Positions 1 through 12,770 of a stretch of DNA of 64,000 nucleotides are shown here, piece by piece; position 1 is the first letter of the stretch; every line of letters starts with the position of its first letter. The stretch comes from Isurus oxyrinchus (lineage: Eukaryota): contig JANJGN010000026.1 in the NCBI GenBank assembly GCA_026770705.1, positions 39,990,001-40,054,000 of the forward strand, in the 5' to 3' direction. The notes below the pieces were generated by a model, which was not told where the DNA came from, did not search any database, and saw only the letters and a program-made list of their open reading frames with translations. Both the position numbers and the translations under genes were made by a program.

Positions 1-193
1 AGATTTAGCGTGTCCGTAAACACAAACAAAGCGGAAGACTTTTATATATTTTTACAAGTCAAGTATTACTTATACCCATTATTTTATTTAGCTTCCATTT
101 TCTTTGACTTTTCCTGTTGTGATCGTGATCACCAATTTGAACAAACTCTTTCTGAGGTTTTTGTACGAGGATGTCGCTGTGCACAGCACTGTG

Positions 194-206
194 ATCCCCG
201 TAGTAT
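194..206 (-). other. Ig heavy-chain D1-type diversity segment (ATACTACGGGGAT) with V-facing 12-RSS and distal 22-RSS
   Basis: Plus strand: GGTTTTTGT(156-164)+22 bp+CACTGTG(187-193), 13-bp core, CACAGTG(207-213)+12 bp+ACAAAAACT(226-234). Asymmetric 12/22 flanks and a TACTAC core are typical of shark IgH D1; it lies ~370 bp from the VH RSS. Confidence 0.95.
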
Positions 207-604
207 CACAGTGAAATACACCCACACAAAAACTGCACCCACACTCTGATCAGTGCTGCCTCTCAATATTCACTTCAAATAGACGTTTACTTCTGATCTA
301 GTTTGGTATTTATGCAGCAATTTACAAAACTCAATGAACAGTGATTCCCTCCAAGTATCAGACATGTTAATATGAACATTATATCCAGGTCTGTAAATGC
401 GGAAACTGTTAACAGTAAATATAAACGCAGCCAAAAGCTCAGCCCATTATATCAATTGGTTTGTTAGGTTTTACTGTTAAATTTGCTGTTTTACGTTTGT
501 CAGAAGCGACTTGTTGTCGGGTTCTGATCATTACAGTTAATATTACATTTAAAACAAGTACTGACCGTCAGGTTACGATGAAAGTTGTTGAGTTTCTCTC
601 GATC

Positions 605-643
605 TGTTCTTGTTCGGGTCCAGCCCTGGTCCCTCTCGCTGTG
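605..643 (-). other. 23-RSS of the IgH V segment
   Basis: Minus strand CACAGCG + 23 bp + ACAAGAACA directly after YYCAKD. Confidence 0.93.
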
Positions 644-1122
644 GTCTTTTGCACAGTAATAGATGGCGGTGTCTTCCGTTTTCAGGCTCGTCATGTCCAA
701 GGAGAAGATGCTCCTTGAAGTGTCTTTGGACGCAGTGAATCGATTCTTAATTGCTGGGGCGTAGTTGTTGCTGGATGAACTATAGTAGTAAACCAGCCAC
801 TCCAGCCCCTGTCCGGGAACCTGTCGGACCCAGTACATGCTGTAGCTGCCAAGATTGAAGCCGCTGGTTTTACAGGTCAGTCTCAGGGAGCCTCCGGGAC
901 GCCCGGTCTCTGCCTCTGGCTGAGTCAACGCAACCTCCGACTGGACACCTGTAAAAATATATCAAAAGCCCGGAGGATTAATCCTGGTGAAATGATTTCT
1001 GACTCTGCAACATTTCAGAGAGAGACTAACACTGAGACAATAACAGTGAGAGACTTGGACAATAAAAACTACTCACAGGATAAGAAGGTCAGCAACAAAC
1101 TGAGAGAAATCGCCGACCTCAT
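644..1122 (-). CDS. IGHV: Shark IgM-type heavy-chain V segment, apparently functional (leader 1122-1077, V exon 948-644)
   Basis: Leader [15 protein letters not shown] with GTGAGT donor and phase-1 AG acceptor. V exon [53 protein letters not shown]...[33 protein letters not shown] has both Cys, the Trp and GLEW, with no stop. Closely resembles elasmobranch IgM VH. Confidence 0.96.
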
Positions 1123-3029
1123 TCTTCTGGTCATTTGGGGAAAATGGTTCTGTCCAGAACTCAGTGAACAAACCAGCTCCCGGACTGTTGGATTCTGGCC
1201 CCAGTGAGCGGCACTTAAATACCCGGCAGAAGGGGGCGGGTTTCCAGGCGCCGCCTGTTAATTCTCTGGTGGAGGCGGCGACTGGATCCACGCCCCACCT
1301 CCACATCCCCAACAGAATGGACTCAGATATTTACAATAGGTTATTGTTAAAAGTGGAAATTTTATCTGTATCGGGATATTTGGCTGAATGGATTCATTGT
1401 AATGTATCCATTGGTTCTAATGGTGAAATTGCAGTTGAGCATCTATTAATAAAAATCTAATTCCATTGTAAATTAAGTCCGTTTATTTCTACACTACTTC
1501 CTAACGGGTTGAACCTAAACAAAATATTACATTATCAGGGGAAAAAAGGGTCTATATATCACTACAATAATTAAGCGTCATCAGTTATAGGAATTATTAT
1601 TGATTTATGTAACTAAATGCAGGGGATGAACAAAGTGATTCTATTTACAGCCAGGGTGGCTATCGCTGTACAATTTGGGTCCAAAGATAAGAAGAATCTC
1701 CTCACGTTATACAATACCTCTCCTTGCATTTCTCGATCTGCCCCTGACCCAAAGACAGCCCTGTGAAAATTAGCGATAAAAGAAGCCCGCCTGCCTGATA
1801 ATTCAACAGTAAGTTTACAGACAAATGTAAAATTTACATCAACTTTTGATAAAGAAGTTAATGAATCAGAACAGTCACGGAGATCAGAAAAGTTATCCTT
1901 CAGCATCCAAATCATTGCAGCTAATTTTATTGGCCTCCCGCTGTCTACCATTCACTGGTATTGGAAACACAGGATATCAGGATTTTGCGGCATATTACAC
2001 AATATCACGAGAATAAATGTTTTATCTTCCACTGAAGCGGGTCATGAACATGTCATTTCTCCACTCATTGGCAGCTATGAGAGGGACTGTTAACTATTCG
2101 AAATCAGCACAAATTAAACTGTACAGTTCACGGTGCTAATGAGGTATAAGTGGCCACTCAGGTTAAATGAGGTGCACAACTGGGAGAATATTCAAGGAAT
2201 TCCTGCGGGTTCAATTCTATGATTTTCTTTCAATTTAATTTCTTTTAATTTTTTGCCATTCTACTCAGCTCATTAGACTGGGGGATTGAGACCATCAACA
2301 TCGCTCTCTCGCACTCCATGAAGTTCATAATCAACCGGCTTTAATAACTGGAATGCCCTTTTGTTTTAGAAATAATATAAATTAGTAATATGTGGTGAAT
2401 TTAATATTTCCTGATCGAGTTTAATCTCACAGTGAACACGGCATTTATTCAAATATTTCCCTAAATGAAATACCATTTAAAAATATCTTTCGTGTGCGAG
2501 AGAAACATTTATTGTTTGAATGGCTAAATCCCATTTTGTTCATTCATATCCAGGCTAATCTGCCCCACACAGTATTTGGAAGCAAGCCAGCCGGCTGCAG
2601 TCACGGTGGCTCGAATGTCCGATGTTGTTTACAGGAAGCATCAGGGAGTTTGTGCAGTAAATGAAAGATCTGTTTCCTCAGTCCTGACCGCTTGGCTGCA
2701 AGCCAACTTCAAACCGTTAATATTGTCAACATAGCCTATTGATAACAAATCTACCCAGCAACAACACTGGAGTCAGCTTTATTTATTAAATTTTGAATTT
2801 ATGTGAACTGTTCCCATCTCTCAGGAAAGAAAAGTTATCTAGCTTCTCTGACACCCTGTTAGCATTAATAGCTCATTGGAGGATCTCTCCAACACATCAT
2901 AATATTGTGATGGATGAATGGATGGAAAGAATTACAGGCAGATTATCAGAGAGGACTCAGAGAGAGGATGCGTTTTGTCACAGTCAAACATATACATTTG
3001 TGCGATCTTTATGCCCCTTTGCTCTTTCA

Positions 3030-3370
3030 CGGGATGTGGGAGTCACTGGCAAGGCCAGCATTTGTTGCCTGTCCCTAACTGCCTTTGAACTGAGTGCCTT
3101 GCTCGGCCATTTCAGAGGGCATTTAGAGTCCATCATGTTGCTGCGGATCTGGAGCCATATGTAGGCCAGACTAGGTACAGTGGCAGATTTCCTTTCCTGA
3201 AGGACATTAGTGAATCAGATGAGTTTTTTTCCACAATCGATGGTAGTTTCCCAGTTTCCTTCACAGGACCAGCTTTCAATCCCAGATTTATTATTGAATT
3301 TAAATTCCACGAGCTGCCATGGTGGTATTTGAATTCGCGACTTTGTTACTTATCCAGTGACATTAATACA
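3030..3370 (-). mobile_element. Shark tRNA-derived SINE (HE1-like)
   Basis: Shares GGCAGATTTCCTTCCCTAAAGG(A)CATTAGTGAACC core and GGCCAGCATTT tail with copies at 6820-7290, 33920 and 48020. Confidence 0.7.
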
Positions 3371-4184
3371 ACACAACCGTCTGCCAAAGAATGGAGGGAT
3401 GACTGCAGTGATGCAGGAATGAATGGTAATTGGATGTCTGGATATTTTGATTAAGGAATCAATAAATGGGTTGACCAATGTATCGATTGGCGAGCCTGAA
3501 AAACGCTGTTGTACCTTCCCATCTTGGTGCATGACTACTTTATATCTTGAAGCAGGTTCAGTATTTCATTTGTGTCAGTCTAATAATTCAGTCCCTCCAG
3601 ACTTTCTGGATGTATTCCATTCCCAGGCTAACGAGCTGAACGTCACAAGAGAAGGCTGGAGATGTCCCTGCCGTACTGATGATTCTTCCCTGCTGAGGGT
3701 GAATCATCATCTTTCAGACAGAAAGCGGGTACATAATTCGGTTTAGGATGGAGGATTGTAATATTTGAAATATGTGGTCCTTGCACGTACAACAAAACAT
3801 TCAACATATCCTCACCTAAATTAGTGAAGGTAACAGACGTTACTCACTGGAGAGCCGCATTAACTTACAGTCAGGTCCAGGTAGTTTTATTTATACCATC
3901 ACTTTACAAACCCTCACACACTTCAGTTACATATCAGGAGTTTCTGTGTGATGATGAGGTGATTACTTGTCAATAAAGCGCAGAGGCTGTTGGGTAGCTG
4001 CTCATTACCCTCGGTCTGATTTAATTTCATTTCCCACTGAATTCTGGGACAGATATGATCCTTTACTGACAGAATAGTCAATGTGACCTCAGTCAATGTT
4101 AATGATATTAAATGAATCGCAATTACATTTTGTATGGAATAAAATGCTGAAAATGATTGGTTCATGCAATTATTAATCTTTGTG

Positions 4185-4420
4185 AATGGATGATAATTTC
4201 TGAATATAATTATTTGTCTTGTGAATTGATTGCAATTGGTGAATATAATTATTTATCTTTGTGGGTTGATCATAATTGGTGAATATAATTATTTATCTTT
4301 GTGAATTGATGATAGTTAGTGAATATCATTATTTATCTTTGCGAATTGATGATAATTCTTGAATATAATTATTTACCTTCGTGAATTGATAATAATTGGT
4401 GTTGATAATTATTTATCTTT
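4185..4420. repeat. AT-rich minisatellite, ~40-bp unit, ~6 copies
   Basis: Repeated GAATATAATTATTTATCTTTGTGAATTGATGATAATTGGT. Confidence 0.9.
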
Positions 4421-4479
4421 CTCAGCCTCTACGACCTTCTTCTTCTCTGCTGAAAGATAAGATCCGTTCCACAGGAGGT

Positions 4480-5950
4480 GAATGATGCAAAAATCACCAC
4501 ACTATCTGAAAACAAAGCCGACAGGTGAGACTGCAACAACTACAGGGACATCTCACTCATAGAGTCATGGAGAAGGCCATTCCTCGGGTCATTCTTTGGT
4601 TATCTGGTTTCAGGCTGAAGCACAGTGTGATGCTTGTGTCAGAAGATATACTCTGGACAGGATTCGTGCCATACGCTCGACACCGTCAGCAGAGCACCAC
4701 TCTAGAAGATTTTTGGGAAAATTGGCTGTTCACCAAAGCTCCCCAGTCTCATCCACTCCTTCCATGACAACATGCACTGCACTGTACAGATTGATGATTC
4801 CACTTCCGACAGATTCGGAGTGAAGAATGGAGTGAAACAATCTTGTGTCCAACCCCCACTCTGTTGGGCACCTTTTTCTTGCAGCTGATCTTTGTCTTCC
4901 CTTTCGATATGGAAGGAGTCGACTTACACACTCGATCAGACCGCAAGCTCCACAATCTATAAGACAGAAAGCGAAGATATAAACACATTGAATCCTGATC
5001 AGAGAATTCCTCCACGCTGATAACTCTGTCATCAAAATGGAAACTTATCCACAAAGGCTGATGAACTGACTGTCCCATGCCTGTAACTTGTTCTCCCTGA
5101 CTTTAAGCATGGAGAAAACCGTGGACATGGGAAAAGGTGTTGCATTTCTGTCATTGATCACACTAAATAACAACCGGATGGAGGTAAATTCCACTCGCTG
5201 GGTTCCAAGGTGACAGGCAGCCTGTTCCTTGATGGAGAACTTATTACCCACATGGGGAAAGCAGCTGCCACCTTTGCCTGACTCATGAAACGCCCATGGA
5301 ATAATATCAAACTGACCCTTAGGGCCAAGCTGATGGTTTATAAGGCCTGTGTTCTCAGCACCTTGTTGAATGGCTGTGAAACATGGGTGACTTACAGTTG
5401 TCAAGTAAAGAAGCTCCACAATTTCCATCTTCAATACCTGCTGCACATTATGGGTATGTACTGGCAGGATAAAGGCACGAATGCAGTGATACTCTCAAAG
5501 GCAGAGCTCCCAAGGCTAAAGAACTCATCAAACAGAAGCGGTTTTTATGGCTTGGGAACGTTCACAGGATGGAAGACGGTCACATACACAAGGACTTTCT
5601 GTTTGGTGAGGGAGCTGGAGGCAGGCAACCAGTGGGACGCCCAAAACTCCACTTCAAGGCTGCTTGAAGTGAAGGCCCTAAACATTGATTATCGTAACTG
5701 AGTGTAACTAACTGACAACTGAGGAAAATGGCGACACCTCCTGTGGGTTGGCGTGAATCACCACTATGACCAGCGGCTAAAGCGGCTTGGAAATCGAGGT
5801 CAACACCGGGAAAAACAACAAGCCACAACGACACTTTGTAGCTTCATGTGCAGCACTTGTGGCAGAGCCTGCTCACAACAATTGGCCTCCTTAGCAATCA
5901 GCACATCTGAAATGGGTTTGTTTCCATTGTGTGTCTGTGACCTTTCATAG
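4480..5950 (+). mobile_element. Degenerate RTE-clade LINE (RT and C-terminal part)
   Basis: Frameshifted peptide KLTLRAKLMVYKACVLSTLLNGCETW...KKLHNFHL and terminal CSTCGRAC zinc-finger-like motif typical of RTE elements. Confidence 0.75.
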
Positions 5951-6819
5951 ATGGAAGGCTGTCCAGGATCATTGTGAAATTCAGTTGCAAACAATGTGAT
6001 GTGCTTCTCGCTCTTTCTCTCCCTCCCAATCTCCCTCACACACACAGACCAACTTAAGATGCCACCTTGACTTCCTGAGAGGCTCCATAGGCCTTAACTA
6101 TTGAAGAAAATGACCCTAACTGTCTATCAGGTGGTATCATGAACGAATAAACTCTCCCTAACACTATGTTTGTTGAGGTGGATATTAAAGCTCCCGCAGT
6201 CTCTATACAGCTCCTTGGTCAACATCCCTCCCTTTAATCAAGATGAACAAAGTTACATCACCAGGAATTGGGCCGCTTTACTCTGGTGCTGACTTTAACG
6301 TGCGCTAATCAACCACGTTCATCTGCAATTAATTGAATTTTGTTAAATTTTGACACCTCCTGCAGAAGGCGATGTGATACTACATCTGGGGAAGCGGATT
6401 CTTGATACAATAATGTCAAAGATCTAACCTGACAGCGACATTTTCACAGTAGCTGCAATTGCAAAGTCTGTCCAGCAGATGGATGTGAAATCTTGACTGA
6501 TACATTCCATGAAACAAGCATTGTCTCAGTTAGTACTGCACTGGACCCTGTCTCTGTCTTTTAAAATTGGACTCCAACTATTTTTATGTTAGACCAAACA
6601 CTGTCTCTCTTTATATTTCAATGTACCCTGTTTCAATTAATACTGCATCAGTCAATACCAATATTTATATCACACAGTCTGGAAGTTCCCAATTCAAACC
6701 GATCGGATTTACCTCTGCAGTCCTGTCACATCCAGTTGTAAATGGTGGTGGACAAGTAAACAAATAACTGGAGAATGGGGCTCCACAAAGCTGTGGGTCT
6801 GGAGTTAGATGTATGGGAG

Positions 6820-7290
6820 GTGGTGATGTGCTGGCATTCTCACTGGGCTAGTAAATTGCTGGGGGTCTGCGTTTGAATCCCACCACGGCAGATGGTGAAA
6901 TTTGAATCGAAAAATCTAATGATGATCATGAAACCATTGTCATAAAAACTCATCCTAACAAGCCACACTGTTCTCAAGGTGGTAATTAAGGATGGGCAAT
7001 AAATGCTGGCCTAGTCAGCGCCGCCCCCATTCTCATGAACGAACAAAAAAAAATGTAGTCCAGACTGGGTAAGGACGGCAGATTTCCTTCCCTAAAGGGC
7101 ATCAGTGAACCAGGTGGATGTTTAATATAATTGATTATGGTTTCATGGTCACCATTGTTGAGACGAGCTTTCAATTCCAGATTTATTAATTGAATTTGGA
7201 TTGCACTTGCTGCCATAACGGGATTCAAACCCCTATTCCCAGGGAAAAAACCTGGATCTCTGGGTTACTGATCCAGTGAAGTTCCCACTG
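6820..7290. mobile_element. Two HE1-like SINE copies in opposite orientation
   Basis: B-box-like GTTTGAATCCCACC head and GGGCAATAAATGCTGGCC tail plus A-run at ~7030, followed by an inverted copy. Confidence 0.65.
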
Positions 7291-7879
7291 CACGATCGTC
7301 CATCCCATATTATACAGGATCCTAGTTTGATTATTAATTCCCTGGGAACTACTTTATTTCTATTGTGCTGGATCAGGCCTCTGTGTGTATTAAAATAGAT
7401 CCTATTTCATTAATGTACCACTGGAAGCCATCTCAGTTTGTATTGCACTGGATTCTTTCTCTGTTTATATTACCCTAGGCCCTGTCTCTGTTTATGTTAT
7501 ATTAAATCTTGACTATGTCTACATTATAGTGGTCATTGTAACTATGCCACTAGGCTATGTTTTTGAAGAAGGGTCATATGGACTCGAAACATTAACTCTG
7601 TTTCTCTCTCCACAGATGCTGTCCAACCTGCTGAGTTTGTCCAGCATTTTCTGTCTTAATTTCAGATTTCCAGCATTTGCAGGATTTTGCTTTTATCTAT
7701 GTCTCTGTTTAAATTAGAGCTACATGACTCCATGTTTCTGTGAGATGGAGAGATAATATTATAATAAAGACATTAGGCTAGAAATCGGTATCTGACAGGA
7801 TGGTATTGGATCAACCGTATATGCTACACAGCACTTGATATTCATTTCAGTGCAGTCAGCAGAATTAGATTTCAGATAT

Positions 7880-10370
7880 CTCTTGTTTTCCGGCGCCAAA
7901 GGCCAAGTTCCCACTTTTGGAGTGGTATGTGTAGGAGGATGCAGGGTATTTTGTTCCCATGTGCTTGTTGCCCTTGTTATTCTGGGAGGTGGAAGTCACA
8001 GGTATGGAAGGTGTTGTTGAAGAGGCCTTGGCGAGTTGCTGCAGTGCATCTTGTGGATAACACACACTGCAGCCACTGTGTATCGGTGGTGAAGGAAATG
8101 AATGTTTAATTCCTGGATGAGGAGCCTATCAAGGGGTTGATTTCCCCTGGTTGGTGTGGAGGTTCTTGAGTGTTGCTGCAGTTACATTTGTCAAGGAAAG
8201 TAAACAATTTCCAACAGGCATCTGACTTGCAGATTTGCAGATGGTGGAAAGGCTTCAGGGAATCCGGAGGTGAGTCATTCGCCACAGCATTCCCAGCCTC
8301 TGACCTACTCTTGTAGCCACAGTATTTATATGGCTGGTCCAGTTCAGTTTCTGTTCAATGGCACCTGCACAACGTTGATGGTAGGTTTCAGCGACGGTTA
8401 TGTCTTTTGAACGTCAAGGGGAGATGTTTGGTTTCTCTATTGTTGGAGTTGGTCATTGCCTGGCACTTGAGTGCCGCTTATATCACTTGCAACTTATCAG
8501 ATCAAACTTGTCCAGTTCGAGATGAAATAAGTAAGGACGGTTTCATTATCTGATAGGTCATAAATGGAACTGAACACTGTGCAAATATGAGCGAACATCC
8601 CCACTCCTGACCCAGTGATGAAAGGAAGGTCATTGATTAAGCTGCTGAAGATGGTTGGACCAAGGACATTTCTCTGAGGGTCTCCTGGAATGATGTCCTG
8701 GTGCTGAGATGATTGGTCTCCAACAACACAACATCTTCTTATGTGCTAGGTGTGACTCCAGCCAGTGGAGAGACTTGCCCCTGATTCCCGTTGGCCTGAC
8801 ACTTTCCAAGGCTTCCTGATGCCACATTCAGTCAATAGCTACTTTGACATCAAATACTGAAGCACTCATTCATCTTGTCTGGAAGTCCGCTCTCTTGTCC
8901 ATGTTCAGACCAAGTTTGCAATGAGCTTTGATGCTGGCTGATCCTAGTGGATCCAGTCTGAGCTTTGGCGAGCATGTCAGCGACACCTTCAGTCACTTTA
9001 CTGATGATTGAGAGTAGACTGACTGAGCTGCAAGGAGATAGACCTGATCTGTTGTCCATTATGTACAATGTTCTAGCTTCACGCTATCGTTCATCATTTT
9101 TGGGTATGCCTGGCTTTGCTTCTGACCTGCTGGCCTACATTCCTCATTGTTCCCAGGCTGGATTTTAGACTCATAGACGTTTACAGCACAGATGGAGGCC
9201 ATTCAGCCCATCATTTCCCGTCCCAGTAAACAAAGATCTGAGTACACTAATCCCATTTTCCCGCACTTGGCTCATAGCCCTGGAGGCTATGGCAGCTTAA
9301 GTGAACATTTTAATCCATCTTAAATGTTGCTAGAGTTTCTGACTCAACAACCTTTTCAGGCAGTGAGTTCCAAATTCCTACCACCCTCTGGGTGAAAAAG
9401 ATTCTCCTCAACTCACCTCTTAGCCTTCTACCTCGTATCTAAAATCTCTGCTCCCTGGTTTCTGACCCCTCTACCAATGGAAAAGGTGCCTTACTATCCA
9501 CCCTATCTATGCCCCTCAGCACCCCCTCAACTATCATTGCTCCAAGGAAAACAGCCCCAGCCTATCCAATCTTTCCTCATAGCTCAGACCCTCCAGCCCA
9601 ATAAGCATCCTGGTAAATCTCCTCTGCACTCTTTCCAGTGCAGTCATATACTTCCTACAAATATGGTGACCAGAACTTCACGCAGTGCTCCAGTTGAGGC
9701 CTAACCAACGTTTGATACAGTTCCAGCATAACCTCCCTGCTCTTGTGTTTTATGCCTCAACTAATAAAGGCAAGTAACCCATATGCCTTCTTAACCACCT
9801 CATCTACATGCCCTGCTACCTTCAGGAATCTGTAGATAGGCACACGAAGGTTTGAGTGAGGGATATTCTGGTCCATGAGATTACAGGGTGTGATTGAATG
9901 CAACTCTCCTGCTGTTAATGACCAACAGTATCTCGTTGATGCTAAATTTTGAGCTGCTAGATCTGTTCTGAATGTATCCCGTTTAGCACAGTGGCAGTGC
10001 CGCACAACACAATGGAGAATGTGCTCAGTGTGAATACCGGCCTGGGTTTCCGCAAGGACAGTGCAGGGGTCAATCACATCGATGTCAATAGTGTGATGGG
10101 CAGAGATCAGGTACGGGTTTCCCTCGTGTTGGCTCTCTAACCATCTGTGGCAGGTCCATTCTGGCTGATACGTCATTCAGGACTCATCCAGCGCCGGCAT
10201 TTGTGGTCTTGTCACATGGTAATTGATTTTGCAAATTCTCAGCACATTCATTGCCCTTGCTACCCTCAGTGTTTCTTGCACGCAGTGCTAAAGATGAAGG
10301 AGTACAGATTCATCAGCTGAGGGAAGGCAATAGGTGGTAATCACCAGGAGGTATCTCCACCCATATCTTA
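7880..10370 (-). mobile_element. Degenerate HER1/CR1-like LINE interrupted by another CR1 fragment (9170-9845)
   Basis: Reverse-complement similarity to plus-strand copies at 34150-35630 and 42850-43980 (WHQ.AL..., GI.GK.L.WLES); the nested piece encodes KVAGHVDEVVKKAYGLLAFIS. Confidence 0.7.
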
Positions 10371-10379
10371 TCTGGTTCT

Positions 10380-11760
10380 GTGGGACTTCAATATGGTGTC
10401 AATATTGCTGCTCTCCACATTGTCTCTGTTCATATTACACTCAGCCTGTCTCATTGTTATTGCTCTAGTCCATGTTTCTGTTTCTGTTTCTGTAATACGA
10501 GACCCTGTCTCAGTATTGCTGCTCTCCACCATGCCTCTGTTCAAACTACACTGGGCCTGTCTCACTGTTACTGCTGTAGTCCATGTTTCTGGTTCTGTAA
10601 CACTGGACTCTGTCTCAGTTATTGCTGCTCTCCATTGTTCATATTTTACTGGGCCTGTCTCATTGTTACTGTCCTAGTCCATGTTTCTGTTTCTGTAACA
10701 TTAGATCCTGTCTCAGTTATTTATCTAATTGTCCTCTGTTTATATTACATTAGTATATTCCCTTACTTTATTTCATAAGACCCTGGAAATAGGAGTTAAA
10801 TGGTTGAATTTAAACAGCTGCAAGATAGGAGAGGTCTGCAGATCATGAACACAAATCTGGGATGTAGTGAGGACAAGTCAAATCATCTAAATAGGCACCC
10901 ATGTTAATTATTCCCACCATCTTGCTGCCTTATCTTTACTATTTCCACCCCAGCCAATTTCCACATTATTGCGCTTGTGCAGTGCAGTAATAACTGAGGC
11001 AGGGTCTATTGTAATTTAAATACAGATATGATCCAGCACATAACTGAAACAGCGTCTACTGAAATACAGAGACAGTTCTAGATTAATATGTACAGAGACA
11101 GGTCAATTATAATATAAACAGAGACAGGGCCTTGTGTATTTGAAGCAAAGACAGGGTCTAGAGTAATATAAACAGAAACAGGATTCAGTATAATATAGAG
11201 ACAGGGTCTAGTGTATTATAAACATACAGGACCCAGTTAATATAAACAGGGGCAAGGCCTAGTGCAATATAAACAGAGACCGGATCTAATGTAATATAAA
11301 CAGAGACAGTGTCTAGTGCAAAATAAACAGAGACATGTCGAGTCTAATAATAACAGAGAAATGCCAAGTGTAATATAAACAGCGACATATCAAGTGCAAT
11401 ACAAACAGGGGCAGGGCCTAGTATAATATAAACAGAGACAAGGCCTAATGTAATGTAAACCGAGACAGGGATCAGTGTAACATAAACAGAAACAGGGTCT
11501 AGTGTAATATAAACAGGGGCAGGGCCGAGTGCAATATAAACAGAGACAGTGTCTCATGCAATATAAACAGAGACATGTCGAATATAATACAAATTGACAT
11601 GTTGATTGTCATATAAACAGGGACAGGGCCTAGTGCAATATAAAGAGAGCCATGTCGAGTGCAATAGAAACAGGGACAGGGCCTAGTGTAATACAAAGAG
11701 AGGCAGGGTCGACTGTAAAAAAAACAGAGACTGGGTCTGGTCGAATGCAATATTGAGACA
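10380..11760. repeat. Degenerate 27-bp satellite; orientation flips near 10.9 kb
   Basis: Units like CAGGGTCTAGTGTAATATAAACAGAGA and their reverse complement. Confidence 0.85.
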
Positions 11761-11764
11761 GGGT

Positions 11765-12770
11765 CCACTGTCCCATCAAACACTCCCAGGACAGGTGCAG
11801 CATGGGGCTAGGCACAGAATTTAAAGCTACCTCTACATTGTCACATTGAACACTCCCAGGGAAGATACAGCACGGGTTAGAGAGTGGAAAACTCCCTCGA
11901 CCCTGTCAACATGAAACACTCTCAGGGCAGATATAGCATGGGTTAGATACGGTTAGACATGGTCTAGTGTAATTCAGAGACAAGGCCCACGGCTCTATAA
12001 AACAGCCCCAGGGCAGGTGTAGCATGGGGCTACATTAATAATGTAAAGTTCCCTCTACATTGCCACATGAAATTCTCCCAATGCAGGTATAGCACGGGTT
12101 AGATTCAGAGTGAATCTCCCTCGACACTGTCACCATCAAACATTTCCAGGACAGGTGCAGCACAGTTCAGAAACAGGGTAAAACTTCCTCTACATTGTCC
12201 GCTCAAACACAGTTGAGGCATGTAGGGTAAGGGTTCTATGCAGTGTAAGGTTTCCTCTGCACTCTTCATCAGACATTTCCCAGGCAGCTCGACACTGGGA
12301 ACAGGTAAAGAGGAAAGCTGCCTTTGCACCATCACATCAGATATTTCCAGGGCTTAGATAGGGGCAAATCCCCTTTTATAGTATCTACAGCCATGTCAAA
12401 TATAACATGGTTAAATGCAGAGTAAAGCTCCCTCTAAATGGCCCTATCAATTACTCCCAGGCCAGGTAGAGCACAGTTTAGATACAGAGTAAATCTCCCT
12501 CTACACAGTCATATCAAACACTCCCAGGGCAGTCACAGTACAGGTTAGGTGCAAAGTAAAGCTCCCTCTGCACTCCATCAGATATTCCAAAGGCAGGAAC
12601 AGCACGGGTTAGATACAGGGAAAGTTTCTTCGGCAGTGCCACATCAAATCTACGCTACTGGCTGCAACACAGGTTAGATACAGAGTAAAGTTTCATCTGC
12701 AGTTACCCACCAAGCACTCTCAAGTCAGTGAATGCTCAAAACAGATTTAGAATAAAGTTCCCTCTATGGA
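11765..12770. repeat. Degenerate ~65-67-bp tandem repeat
   Basis: Units like CCCTCTACACTGTCCCATCAAACACTCCCAGGACAGGTACAGCACGGGTTAGATACAGAGTAAAGCT, about 15 copies. Confidence 0.88.

Noticed and set aside
1760-2165. Possible V relic on plus (CAGTAAGT donor, STIHWY, CACGGTG near 2128) and the 112-aa minus ORF
   Set aside because: No conserved Cys pair and no nonamer; compatible with chance.
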